Assembly: GCA_050331695.1 (NCBI GenBank)
Contig: JBHJGP010000025.1
Coordinates: 95,967 to 119,966, forward strand
Source of the DNA: Geminicoccaceae bacterium
GTDB taxonomy: Bacteria; Pseudomonadota; Alphaproteobacteria; Geminicoccales; Geminicoccaceae
Length of the DNA: 24,000 nt
Reading direction: 5' to 3'
Position numbers and translations under genes: made by a program. The notes beneath the pieces were generated by a model that saw nothing but the letters and a program-made list of their open reading frames with translations, did no database searches and was not told the DNA's origin. Positions 1 to 9,172 of the stretch are shown here, piece by piece. The first letter of the stretch is position 1; every line of letters begins with the position of its first letter.

Positions 1-945
1 AAGTTCCGCAATAATCAGCATGTCATGAATATCGCCCAGCGGATCGTCACGCGGGTCGGTCGCCGGGTCGACGAAACCAATCCGATCTGTGATGCCCGCC
101 TGGACGACGGCTCCCGTGTCAACATCATCGCTCCGCCGCTGGCCTTGGACGGCTGTTCGATCTCGATCCGTAAATTCTCGAAGAAATCGATCACGCTCGA
201 TCAGATGGTCCGACAAAGCAATGTCAGCGAGGACCTGGCCAAGGTGCTGAAGATTGCCGCCGCCTGCGGTCTTAACATCGTCATCTCCGGTGGCACCGGA
301 TCCGGTAAGACGACGATGTTGAACGCCATGTCTCAGCTGATCGACGCTGGCGAGCGTATCGTCACGATCGAGGACGCGGCGGAACTGAAGCTGCAGCAGC
401 CCCATGTGGTTCGCCTGGAGACCCGGCCGCCCAACCTGGAAGGCCAGGGTGAGATCACCATGCGTGATCTGGTCAAGAACGCGCTTCGGATGCGACCCGA
501 CCGGATCATCTGCGGTGAGGTTCGCGGCGCCGAGGCGATGGACATGCTGCAGGCGATGAACACCGGCCATGACGGGTCGATGTGCACGCTTCACGCCAAC
601 AATCCCCGCGAAGCGCTTACGCGCATGGAGAACATGGTCGGCATGGCGGCCGCGACCCTGCCGCCGAAGGCGCTGAAGCATCAGATCGTCGGCGCGGTCA
701 ATCTGATCATTCAGGTCTCACGGATGCGGGACGGCGTCCGCCGGGTTACCCACGTGACCGAGATCATCGGCATGGAAGGCGAGGTCATCACCACCCAGGA
801 TCTGTTCCTCTACGTCTATGAGGGCGAGAACCGCGACGGCACCCTCAAGGGCAATTTCGAGAGCGCTCGGGTCCGGCCTCACTTCACCAAGCGGGCCGCC
901 TATTACGGGCTGGACCGGGCACTTCTGCAAGCGACGACGGGCTGA
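1..945 (+). CDS. cpaF: Tad/Flp pilus secretion ATPase CpaF/TadA, C-terminal part (5' end lies upstream of the window)
   Basis: Frame 1 is open from base 1 (KFRNNQHV precedes the ATG at 25), so track ORF 25..945 is a truncated view. Has Walker [10 protein letters not shown], then [21 protein letters not shown] and [14 protein letters not shown] boxes typical of CpaF/VirB11-type ATPases. tadB and tadC follow immediately. Confidence 0.9.
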   Translation, partial: KFRNNQHVMNIAQRIVTRVGRRVDETNPICDARLDDGSRVNIIAPPLALDGCSISIRKFSKKSITLDQMVRQSNVSEDLAKVLKIAAACGLNIVISGGTGSGKTTMLNAMSQLIDAGERIVTIEDAAELKLQQPHVVRLETRPPNLEGQGEITMRDLVKNALRMRPDRIICGEVRGAEAMDMLQAMNTGHDGSMCTLHANNPREALTRMENMVGMAAATLPPKALKHQIVGAVNLIIQVSRMRDGVRRVTHVTEIIGMEGEVITTQDLFLYVYEGENRDGTLKGNFESARVRPHFTKRAAYYGLDRALLQATTG

Positions 946-950
946 CCCTG

Positions 951-1952
951 ATGCTGACCCAGTTGCTCGCGGCCGATGCTATGCCGATGATCCTGGTGTT
1001 CGCTGGCGTCGCCATCGCGCTTTGGCTGATGTTGGCCCAGTTCGATCCGGCCGCGGCCAAGGCGGCGAAGATGCAAAAGCGGATGGAGCGGATCGCGTCG
1101 CCGGAGAAAATAGGGCCGGCGGACGAGGAGCAGGCGCTGAAGTCGCTTCGGCGCAACGATCGCACCGGGGCGTTCAGCAATCGGATCTCGCGAATTCTGC
1201 CGAGCGCGCGGCTGTTGCGCAATCGCATGGACCGGGCCAACGTGCCCCTTTCGATCGCCGGATACGTTCTGATATGTGTCGTCGTCTGGCTCGGTGCGTC
1301 GGCGGGCTTGCTCCTGGCGGCAGGGTTCGCGCCGCTGACGAGCGCCATTTTGGGCTTCGTTATCGGCGCTGGTCTGCCCCATCTCGTGATCGGCAAGATG
1401 ATCAAGAGGCGAGCGGTCAAGTTTACGGCCCAGTTGCCCGAAGCCCTGGATCTGATCGTCCGCAGCCTCCGATCAGGTCTACCGGCCACCGAGGCGATCC
1501 AGGTGATCGGCCAGGAGATGCAGGAACCGGTGGCTTCCCAATTCGCCGATATCGGCGCTCAGGTTCAGATCGGCGTCTCCATCGATGAGGCGTTGTGGGC
1601 AACCTCCGACCGCCTTCAGATCCAAGAGTTCAAATATTTCGCCATCAGCCTGGCCATCCAGCAGGAGACCGGTGGCAATCTGGCTGAGATCCTCGAGAAT
1701 CTGTCGGCGATCATCCGAAAGCGCGAGCAGCTCAAGCTCAAGGTTAAGGCGCTTTCCTCGGAAGCACGGGCGTCGGCGCTGATCATCGGCTCCCTGCCTT
1801 TCATCATGGGCATCATTCTCTACATCGTCGATCCCGGCTACATCTCGCAGTTCTGGATCGATCCCCGCGGCCCCATTCTCCTCGGCATCGGGGGCGCCAG
1901 CATGCTCACAGGCATTCTGGTCATGGCCAAACTGATTAAGTTCGAAGCATGA
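951..1952 (+). CDS. tadB: Flp pilus assembly inner-membrane protein TadB (type II secretion system F family)
   Basis: 333 aa with an ATG 6 nt after the cpaF stop. Hydrophobic N-terminus, a central GspF-like soluble domain (LPEALDLIVRSLRSGLP...) and C-terminal TM segments. Canonical position after cpaF, and ATGA overlap with the next gene. Confidence 0.85.
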   Translation: MLTQLLAADAMPMILVFAGVAIALWLMLAQFDPAAAKAAKMQKRMERIASPEKIGPADEEQALKSLRRNDRTGAFSNRISRILPSARLLRNRMDRANVPLSIAGYVLICVVVWLGASAGLLLAAGFAPLTSAILGFVIGAGLPHLVIGKMIKRRAVKFTAQLPEALDLIVRSLRSGLPATEAIQVIGQEMQEPVASQFADIGAQVQIGVSIDEALWATSDRLQIQEFKYFAISLAIQQETGGNLAEILENLSAIIRKREQLKLKVKALSSEARASALIIGSLPFIMGIILYIVDPGYISQFWIDPRGPILLGIGGASMLTGILVMAKLIKFEA

Positions 1953-2908
1953 TGGAATTTCTGACAAATCAGCCCTCGGAACTGCTGGTGACCCTCGTTG
2001 CCGGGGGCGGCGCCTTCGCGGTCGTGATGATGATCTGGTACGGCCTGATGGAGGCAAGTCCGGTCAAGCACCGGATGCAGTACGTTCAGGATTATCAGCG
2101 CCGGGCCGGTCCGACGACCAGACCGTCCCGGTCCCGCGAGCGGCCTACCGCCATGGGCACGATGCGCGGCATCGTCGCCAAGGCGAAGCTGATGCAGGCG
2201 TCCCAGACCAACGCGCGCACGCTCAAACTGGCCCGGGCGGGCTACCGGTCCCGCGACTCGATCATCGTCTATCTGTTCGCCAAGTTGGTGAGCCCGTTCA
2301 TCTTCGGCGCTTTGTCGCTGGTGGTCGGATCATTTGCCTTGCCCGAGGCCAGCATGTCCCAGACCGGTCTGATCGGCATGGGCGGCGTGTTGCTCGGCTT
2401 CTACGCGCCGGAACTCTATCTGAGTAACATCGCGAGCCGGCGTCAGCAGGCCATGCAGAAAGCCCTGCCCGACGCCCTCGATCTCATGGTTGTCTGCGCC
2501 GAGGCAGGCCTGAGCCTTGATGCCAGTCTCGGCCGGGTTGCCAACGAGCTCGCTCATTCCTGTGCGGAGCTGGCGGATGAGTTGTCGGTCACCGCGGTCG
2601 AACTGGCCTTTCTGCCTGAGCGCAAGACCGCGCTGACCAATCTCGCTATGCGCGCCGATCTGCAAGCGATCAGGGCGGTGGTCAATACCCTCAGTCAAAC
2701 GGAAAAATACGGTACGCCGCTCTCCCAGAGCCTTCGGGTTCTGGCCAACGAGTTTCGCGAGCAGCGCATGCTCAAGGCCGAAGAGAAGGCCGCACGCCTG
2801 CCGGCGGTCCTCACCGTTCCGATGATCCTTTTCATTTTGCCCACCTTGTTCATCGTGCTGGTCGGTCCCGCCATGCTCGACCTCTACGATAAATTTTTGA
2901 ATAAGTGA
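1949..2908 (+). CDS. tadC: Flp pilus assembly inner-membrane protein TadC (type II secretion system F family)
   Basis: 319 aa. Its ATG overlaps the tadB stop (ATGA at 1949-1952). GspF-like core (LPDALDLMVVCAEAGLSLD...) and C-terminal TM helices. It is a paralogue of the preceding gene, as in tad loci. Confidence 0.85.
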   Translation: MMEFLTNQPSELLVTLVAGGGAFAVVMMIWYGLMEASPVKHRMQYVQDYQRRAGPTTRPSRSRERPTAMGTMRGIVAKAKLMQASQTNARTLKLARAGYRSRDSIIVYLFAKLVSPFIFGALSLVVGSFALPEASMSQTGLIGMGGVLLGFYAPELYLSNIASRRQQAMQKALPDALDLMVVCAEAGLSLDASLGRVANELAHSCAELADELSVTAVELAFLPERKTALTNLAMRADLQAIRAVVNTLSQTEKYGTPLSQSLRVLANEFREQRMLKAEEKAARLPAVLTVPMILFILPTLFIVLVGPAMLDLYDKFLNK

Positions 2909-3456
2909 CGCCCGCCGGCGCTATTGTCTGATTGAGCCGACATTGCTGAATGGGTCGGCCATCTTTGGACCGCTGCTCCGAGCGGCGATGACTTGGCCGG
3001 CTAAGCGAAGCAACAGCGAGGCGGAAGCTTCACTCTAGGACTTTTCGTCTTGGCGGCGTGACCGGTAGGCATTGACGCGACCCGCTCACTCGATCGAGCC
3101 TTTTGTCGGTGTCGCGGTGCAGAAGCGTTCGCGTCGGTGTTGCGGGGCCGGTATGGCTGAGACCTCACCACAGCTAGGCCGTGGCGGCAATTTAACAGAT
3201 CCGCCTTGCCATACCTTGGCATCCTACAGTCCGGTCAAGTGACTAAGTCGGAGAAGCGACGCGATATGGTGGAGGGTATGAGGTCCATCCTTTGCCGCGT
3301 TTCGTTTCATCTTGCTTACTTTCCGGCCGTCATCCTGGCTGTCGGTCGCTGCCAAAGATCGGTTCCCAACGATGGGGCGCATCGCTCGAACCGTTTTAAC
3401 GGCGCCGAGCCGGCGAAATCTGTGGTTTGACTGACCTCCTTCTAGACGAAGGCTGC

Positions 3457-5511
3457 TCAAGCAATCGAAAAACTTTGTCTCGCGGCGGCCTTCTTTAGAA
3501 ATGGACTTGTTGGCGCAAGGCTGCCCTCTTCGACGAACGCCTCGAGTTTCGCCACCACCTGGTCCAGGCCGGTCGCTTCGCCCCAATACATCAGTCCTCC
3601 CCGCCATCGGGGAAAGCCATAGCCATGGATTTCAACGAGATCGATTTCGAACGGACGGGTCGCGATGCCCTCGTCCAGGATCCGGGCGCCGGTGTCGATC
3701 ATCGGAAACAAAAGCCGCTCACGGATCTCCTCGCCGGAAAAGGACCGGGGCCGGGTTCCGGCCTTGATCCGTTCCGCGGCGATGACGCGCTCCACCTCCG
3801 GCGAGGGCGCCGGCCGACCATCATCAGACGAAAAATCGTACCAACCGCGGCCCGCTTTCCGGCCGAGGCGGTTCAGGGAAACCAGGCGATCGGCAATCGG
3901 TGCGAACGGCTCTTCACCGCGCTTTCTCGCAGCCTTGCGCTGGTAGTGGGCGATGTCGAGGCCTGCCAGGTCCTGAACCTGGAAAGGTCCCATAGGCATG
4001 CCGAATTCACGCATTGCCGCGTCCACATCCCAGGGCGAGGCGCCTTGGATAACCACGCGCTCGGCCTGGGTTCGGTAGGTCTTGAGAATGCGGTTGCCGA
4101 TGAACCCGTCGCAGACGCCCGCCGCGACACCGATCTTTCCCAATCTTTTTGCCAGCGCAAAGGCTGCGGCCAGAACATCGGGGCGGCACGCATCGGTGCG
4201 AACGATCTCGATCAGTTTCATCACGTTGGCTGGGCTGAAGAAATGAAGACCGATCACCCGTTCAGGCGCTCTAGTCACCTCGGCCAGTTTATTGGGGTCC
4301 AGGTAGGATGTGTTGGTCGCGAGGATGGTGTGGGGCGAACAAGCGGTGTCGAGCCGTTGGAACACGGCGCGCTTGACCCCGAGATCCTCGAATACGGCTT
4401 CGATCACCAAATCGGCGGAACCCAGCTGGCCATAGTCCGTGGTGGGCGTTAACGCTGCCATCCGCGCTTGGCGTTCGTCTTCGTCCAACCGGCCCCTGGC
4501 GACGCTGCGATCGTAGATTTTACGAATATGGGCGAGGCCCTTCTCGAGGCTCGCCTCGTCCCGCTCCACCAGTGTCACCGGCAGGCCCGCGTCCTGAAGC
4601 GCTACCGTGATGCCGCTCCCCATGGTCCCGCCGCCGACAACACCAACCGTTTCGATCGATCGGGGCTGGACGCCCTCGAGCTCTGCAAGGTCGGCGACCG
4701 TTATCTCGGCCGTAAAAACGTGATGCAGCGCCTTCGCCTGGTCCGAGCTTCGTAACTCAAGATAGGTTCGACGCGCGCGGACGATCGCGGCTTCGAAGCT
4801 TTCTTCAGCCGCTTTTTCGAGGCAATCGAGCGCGCCCAGCGGCGCTTGCTGGCCCCAGGCCTTTCGGGCAATCCTGCGCCGTTGCTCGGTCCAGAAGTCC
4901 GCTGACGGCGAGGGTTGGGGGGGCCTTTCCCGTAATGGCCGCAAGTTTGCAGCCCTGACGGCCAAACCGATGGCGGCCTCTTCCAAATCGTCGGCGGCGA
5001 GCTCGTCGACGAGCCCCACGGACAAGGCACGGGCAGCATCGATCGGACGGCCGTCCGCGATCATGTCCACGGCCGCATCGAGAGGGACCAGTCGTGGCAG
5101 TCTCGCGGTGCCGCCGCCGGCGGGGATGAGCCCCAGACCCACTTCCGGAAAGCTGAGTTGGGCGCCTTCCGCAGCCACCCGAACCCGGCAGGCAAGCGCC
5201 AGATAAAGCCCGTGGCCTTCGGCTCTCCCATGGACGGCGGCGATCCAGGGTTTTTTGGCCCGTTCCACCTGTTCGAGAAGATCGGCCAGGTCCGGCGTCT
5301 CGACAGCTTCGCCTGTCAGTTCCGCGTCGGTCGAGGCGATGAAGGTGGCACCGGAACCGCAGAGGACGACGGCGATGAGCTTTTCGTTCTTGTCCAGGGT
5401 TTCAACGAGTTGTCGAAGATCGCGGCGCGCCGAGTGGTCCAGGGCATTGACGGGAGGGTTGTCGACCCTGACCACCGCGATCTTTCCCTTGATCTCGCAC
5501 GCTACCGCCAC
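3457..5511 (-). CDS. Fused enoyl-CoA hydratase/isomerase-like (crotonase) + 3-hydroxyacyl-CoA dehydrogenase, FadN/FadB-like; candidate PaaH (and possibly PaaF) function
   Basis: 684 aa with a GTG start at 5511 preceded by GGGGAGAAGG. N-terminal crotonase fold (VDNPPVNAL..., FPEVGLGLIPAGGGT). Central Rossmann motif VGVVGGGTMGSGI and 3-hydroxyacyl-CoA dehydrogenase C-terminal domains. Divergently transcribed from paaG. Confidence 0.85.
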   Translation of the reverse strand: MAVACEIKGKIAVVRVDNPPVNALDHSARRDLRQLVETLDKNEKLIAVVLCGSGATFIASTDAELTGEAVETPDLADLLEQVERAKKPWIAAVHGRAEGHGLYLALACRVRVAAEGAQLSFPEVGLGLIPAGGGTARLPRLVPLDAAVDMIADGRPIDAARALSVGLVDELAADDLEEAAIGLAVRAANLRPLRERPPQPSPSADFWTEQRRRIARKAWGQQAPLGALDCLEKAAEESFEAAIVRARRTYLELRSSDQAKALHHVFTAEITVADLAELEGVQPRSIETVGVVGGGTMGSGITVALQDAGLPVTLVERDEASLEKGLAHIRKIYDRSVARGRLDEDERQARMAALTPTTDYGQLGSADLVIEAVFEDLGVKRAVFQRLDTACSPHTILATNTSYLDPNKLAEVTRAPERVIGLHFFSPANVMKLIEIVRTDACRPDVLAAAFALAKRLGKIGVAAGVCDGFIGNRILKTYRTQAERVVIQGASPWDVDAAMREFGMPMGPFQVQDLAGLDIAHYQRKAARKRGEEPFAPIADRLVSLNRLGRKAGRGWYDFSSDDGRPAPSPEVERVIAAERIKAGTRPRSFSGEEIRERLLFPMIDTGARILDEGIATRPFEIDLVEIHGYGFPRWRGGLMYWGEATGLDQVVAKLEAFVEEGSLAPTSPFLKKAAARQSFSIA

Positions 5512-5513
5512 GG

Positions 5514-5523
5514 CCTTCTCCCC
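5514..5523 (-). promoter_or_regulatory. Shine-Dalgarno-containing 10-mer GGGGAGAAGG for the fused dehydrogenase gene (left arm of an inverted repeat)
   Basis: The plus strand reads CCTTCTCCCC. On the minus strand this is GGGGAGAAGG-CC-GTG(5511). Confidence 0.6.
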
Positions 5524-5598
5524 ATAGCCTGTTTCTGGTTACCTGCAGAAGAAGGCGGGGCCAAGCCATGCCTCGGTCAAGGCGCGGACTGACGGGAC

Positions 5599-5608
5599 GG
5601 GGAGAAGG
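5599..5608 (+). promoter_or_regulatory. Shine-Dalgarno-containing 10-mer GGGGAGAAGG for paaG (right arm of an inverted repeat)
   Basis: GGGGAGAAGG-TG-ATG(5611). Same 10-mer and same spacing as the divergent gene. Confidence 0.6.
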
Positions 5609-5610
5609 TG

Positions 5611-6405
5611 ATGAGCGACGAGCAGACGGTTCTGGCGAAGAGCGAAGGGGGTGTCCTACGTCTGACCTTAAACCGACCCGAGAAGCTGAACGCCTTCACG
5701 GATGCCATGCATCGCGAGCTCTTCGCCAGGCTGACGGCCGCCCGGGAAACGGACCAGATTAGGTCAATCCTGTTGACCGGCGCCGGCCGCGCCTTCTGTG
5801 CCGGTCAGGATCTGGACGAGCGAGACCCCGCAAGGATGGAGGGACCACTGGACCTGGGTGAGACCCTCGATACCTTCTACAACCCGCTGGTCCGCCTGAT
5901 CCGGGCGATCGAGAAGCCGGTCGTCTGTGCGGTCAATGGCGTCGCGGCCGGAGCCGGGGCCAACATAGCGCTGGCCTGCGACATCGTCCTGGCGGCGAGG
6001 TCGGCAAAATTCATCGAGGCTTTCGCCAAAATCGGCCTGGTGCCCGATTGCGGTGGCAGTTGGTCGATCACCAGGCTGATCGGCGAGGCCCGAGCCAAGG
6101 CTCTCTGCCTTACCGCCATGCCGCTGGACGCGGAAACGGCCGCGTCCTGGGGGCTGATCTGGAAAGCGGTGCCGGATGAGCGGCTGACGGACGAGGCCAT
6201 GGAACTGGCCAGTGCACTCGCCGCGGGGCCGACCTATGGTTTGGGGCTCACCAAGCGAGCCGTTCAGGAGGCCGCGACCAACTCGCTCGACGCGCAACTG
6301 GATCTGGAACGGGACCTGCAGCGCCTGGCCGGCCGTTCGGAGGACTATGCCGAGGGCGTCGCGGCGTTTCTCGGTAAGCGCAAGCCAAGCTTCAAAGGCC
6401 GTTAA
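5611..6405 (+). CDS. paaG: 1,2-epoxyphenylacetyl-CoA isomerase PaaG (crotonase family)
   Basis: Near full-length resemblance to remembered E. coli PaaG (FYNPLVR..., CAVNGVAAGAGA, ARSAKF..AF.K.GL.PDCGG.W, QLDLERD.QRLAGRS.DY.EGV.AFL.KR.P.F.G). ATG 5611 lies 6 nt after the GGAG core. The track start at 5608 is an in-frame GTG one codon upstream. Confidence 0.9.
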   Translation: MSDEQTVLAKSEGGVLRLTLNRPEKLNAFTDAMHRELFARLTAARETDQIRSILLTGAGRAFCAGQDLDERDPARMEGPLDLGETLDTFYNPLVRLIRAIEKPVVCAVNGVAAGAGANIALACDIVLAARSAKFIEAFAKIGLVPDCGGSWSITRLIGEARAKALCLTAMPLDAETAASWGLIWKAVPDERLTDEAMELASALAAGPTYGLGLTKRAVQEAATNSLDAQLDLERDLQRLAGRSEDYAEGVAAFLGKRKPSFKGR

Positions 6406-6483
6406 GTGGTCAGTGCCGCCGGTGTTGGCGGATTGGGTGCGTTACCCGCGCGAGATGCCGCCAGGTGATTGGCGTTAACCCGG

Positions 6484-7104
6484 TTATTCCTGAGCGGTCT
6501 TCTTCAGCCGATCCATGAACAAAGGATCGAAGGCCGGCGCCTCGATCCGGCGCCGGTCCGGTTCGACTTTCCTCAAAGGTTCGGCCGGTTTCAGTTTGGC
6601 ATGAGCTTCCTGGGCCAGGCGCTGATAGACGCCGGTGCCACGGGATTTCCAATCGATTTCATCGTCACTCAGCTCACGGATCACCCGCGCTGGCGCGCCG
6701 ACCACCATGCTCCTGGGCGGTATCCGTGCGCCCGCCTTCACGAAGGCCAGAGCGGCGACGATGCTATTGGCGCCGATCACCGCGTCGTCCATGACCACGG
6801 CATTCATGCCGACAAGCGCGTTTTGGCCGATGCGGCAGCCATGAAGGACGGCGCCGTGGCCGATATGGCCATGCTCTTCGATCACGGCTTCCAGATTGGG
6901 AAAGCTGTGAACGACACAGGTTTCCTGCACATTGGAACCTGCCTCGATCCGGATACGGCCGAAATCACCCCGAAGGCAGGCACCGGGGCCGATGTAGCAG
7001 CCGGCGCCGACGATGACGTCGCCAATGAGGATCGCCGCCGGATGAACGAAGGCGGAGGGATCCACCACCGGCACGATGTCGTCATAGGCGTAGATCTGAG
7101 CCAT
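6484..7104 (-). CDS. paaY: PaaY, hexapeptide-repeat (gamma-carbonic-anhydrase-like) protein of the phenylacetate pathway
   Basis: 206 aa. The N-terminus (IYAYDDIVPVVDPSAFVHPAAILIGDVIVGAGCYIGPGACLRGDFGRI) is a typical left-handed beta-helix PaaY/CaiE sequence. The start overlaps the paaZ stop by one base (TGATG, 7102-7106). Confidence 0.85.
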   Translation of the reverse strand: MAQIYAYDDIVPVVDPSAFVHPAAILIGDVIVGAGCYIGPGACLRGDFGRIRIEAGSNVQETCVVHSFPNLEAVIEEHGHIGHGAVLHGCRIGQNALVGMNAVVMDDAVIGANSIVAALAFVKAGARIPPRSMVVGAPARVIRELSDDEIDWKSRGTGVYQRLAQEAHAKLKPAEPLRKVEPDRRRIEAPAFDPLFMDRLKKTAQE

Positions 7105-9155
7105 CAGTGCCGGCTCTTGGCGACCAGCGTCAGGACATCGTACTGGGCGACCAAGGCGGCGTCTTGATTGGTCACCGCGCAGTCCCAGCGGACCTCGCCG
7201 TAAGCCTCGGTTTCCCGGGGATTGATGTCCTTGCAGGTGAGGGTCACCTGAAGCGCGTCATCCGGGTTAACGGGCGTGAGAAAGCGCAGATTGTCGGCGC
7301 CGTAGTTGGCAAGCACTGGCCCCGGATCGGGGTCGACGAACAGGCCAGCGGCAAACGACAGAACGAGATAGCCGTGGGCGACCCTGCCATCGAAGAACGG
7401 ATTGGCCTTGGCGGCCTGCTCATCCATGTGGGCGTAGAAGGTATCGCCTGTGAAGGCGGCGAAATGCTCGATGTCCTCCAGGGTCACGGTCCTCGCGGCG
7501 GTGACCAGCTGATCGCCGATCTCCAGCTCCTGAAGCGATTTACGAAAAGGATGCACACCGTCGGTTTGGGCCGCGGCACCTGATATCCAGCGACCGGCCA
7601 CCTGCGTCAGCATGGTCGGTGAACCCTGGACCGCGCTCCGCTGCATGAAATGCATAACGCTCCGCATACCGCCCAATTCCTCGCCGCCGCCGGCGCGGCC
7701 GGGCCCGCCATGAACCAGGACCGGGAGCGGCGAGCCGTGGCCGGTGGAGGATCTGGCGGTTTCGCAATTGCCGATCAGAACGCGGCCATGCCAGGGGGCG
7801 AGACCGGCTACCGCATCCCGCGCGAAATTTTCGTCATGGGTGAAGATCGAGGACACCAGACTGCCGCCGCCGGCCCGCGCCAGGGATATGGCACCGTCCA
7901 CGCCGTCATAAGCCATCACCGTGGCGACCGGTCCGAACGCTTCGATCTCGTGAACCTTCGAGCCGCTTTCGGACTTGTCGCAATAGAGCAGGACCGGCGC
8001 CTGGAATGCGCCTCGCTCGCCATCGCCTGACACGAGCGAAACCGTGTCCAGGCTGCCGGCAACGATCTCCGCATCGCCCGCCAACTCGCGAATACGGTCT
8101 CGAACCTCATCTCGCTGGGCGACGCTGGCCAGGGGGCCCATCCGGACTTGGTCGTCCCGGGGAAGACCAATCGCTACCTTGTCGAGACGGGCCCTCAGCG
8201 CCTGGACCACCGCGTCCACATGGCCCCTAGGCACCATGGCCCGGCGGATGGCAGTGCATTTCTGTCCGGCCTTTGCGGTCATTTCCCGACCGATCTCGCG
8301 AACGAACAGATTGAATTCCTCGGTGCCCGGCAGAGCGTCCGGCCCCAGAATGGCGCAATTGAGACTGTCGGCCTCCATGGTGAAGCGGACGGCCTGATCG
8401 ATCACGCGTGGATGTGCCTTGAGCTTTCGCCCCGTCGAAGCGGAGCCTGTGAAGGTGACGACATCCTGGCAGGTCAGGTGGTCCATCAGGTCACCGACGG
8501 AGCCGGCCACCAACTGCAAAGCCCCTTTCGGCAAGACCTCCATGTCGATGATCCGCCGGACCAAGAGTTCGGCGAGATAGGCGGTCTGGCGCGCGGGCTT
8601 GATGATGGCCGGCATGCCGGCGAGCCAGGTCGGCGCCAGTTTTTCGAGCATGCCCCAGCAGGGAAAGTTGAAGGCATTGATGTGCACCGCGACACCTTCG
8701 AGCGGGCTCATCAGATGGACGCCGCTGAAACTCCCATCCTTGGACAAGGGCTCCAGGCTCCCGTCCATAAGGAGCCGGGTGTTCGGCAGTTCACGGCGAC
8801 CCTTCGAGGCATAGGACAAGAGCGTGCTGATGCCGCCCTCGATGTCGATCCAGCTATCGGACCGGGTGGCCCCGGTGGCGCTCGAGAGCTCGTAGAATTC
8901 CTCCTTCAGCTCAAGGAGCCCCAGACCGATGGTCTTCATCATCAAGGCCCGCTGGTGGAAGGTCATGGCCCGGAGTGCTGGGCCACCTCGCCGTCGGCCG
9001 TGGTCGAGCGCCGCCGCCATATCGAGCCCGTCGGCATCGACGACGGCCACCGGCTCACCGGTCGCGGCGTCGTTGAGCAGGATGCCGGCGCCCTTGCCTC
9101 TGAGCCATTCGCCCCCGAGATAGCTTTCGAGACGGCGGGGTTCACAGGCGGTCAT
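7104..9155 (-). CDS. paaZ: Bifunctional PaaZ: oxepin-CoA hydrolase (MaoC/hot-dog) + 3-oxo-5,6-dehydrosuberyl-CoA semialdehyde dehydrogenase
   Basis: 683 aa. N-terminal aldehyde dehydrogenase domain with catalytic-Cys motif GQKCTAIRR. C-terminal MaoC hydratase domain with FTGDTFYAHMD (Asp/His pair). Length and domain order match PaaZ. Confidence 0.9.
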   Translation of the reverse strand: MTACEPRRLESYLGGEWLRGKGAGILLNDAATGEPVAVVDADGLDMAAALDHGRRRGGPALRAMTFHQRALMMKTIGLGLLELKEEFYELSSATGATRSDSWIDIEGGISTLLSYASKGRRELPNTRLLMDGSLEPLSKDGSFSGVHLMSPLEGVAVHINAFNFPCWGMLEKLAPTWLAGMPAIIKPARQTAYLAELLVRRIIDMEVLPKGALQLVAGSVGDLMDHLTCQDVVTFTGSASTGRKLKAHPRVIDQAVRFTMEADSLNCAILGPDALPGTEEFNLFVREIGREMTAKAGQKCTAIRRAMVPRGHVDAVVQALRARLDKVAIGLPRDDQVRMGPLASVAQRDEVRDRIRELAGDAEIVAGSLDTVSLVSGDGERGAFQAPVLLYCDKSESGSKVHEIEAFGPVATVMAYDGVDGAISLARAGGGSLVSSIFTHDENFARDAVAGLAPWHGRVLIGNCETARSSTGHGSPLPVLVHGGPGRAGGGEELGGMRSVMHFMQRSAVQGSPTMLTQVAGRWISGAAAQTDGVHPFRKSLQELEIGDQLVTAARTVTLEDIEHFAAFTGDTFYAHMDEQAAKANPFFDGRVAHGYLVLSFAAGLFVDPDPGPVLANYGADNLRFLTPVNPDDALQVTLTCKDINPRETEAYGEVRWDCAVTNQDAALVAQYDVLTLVAKSRH

Positions 9156-9172
9156 GGTCTAGATCCATGGGC

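Noticed and set aside
3207-3221. TGCCA-N5-TGGCA palindrome considered as a sigma-54 (-24 TGGCA) promoter element.
   Set aside because: On neither strand is there a GC (-12) element at the required 10-nt spacing, and no downstream gene would be served.
3001-3607. Small ORFs in or next to the tadC-dehydrogenase gap: 3001-3222(-), 3206-3430(+) and 3224-3607(-).
   Set aside because: They have no recognisable domains, start signals or Flp-pilin or TadD-like motifs. The third overlaps the 3' end of the dehydrogenase gene.
6411-6435. Short hairpin CCGCC-ggtgtt-GGCGG between the convergent paaG and paaY genes, considered as a bidirectional terminator.
   Set aside because: It has only a 5-bp stem and no U/A tracts on either side, which is too weak to call. 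The same applies to the 5-bp hairpins at 3438-3452 and 20734-20757.
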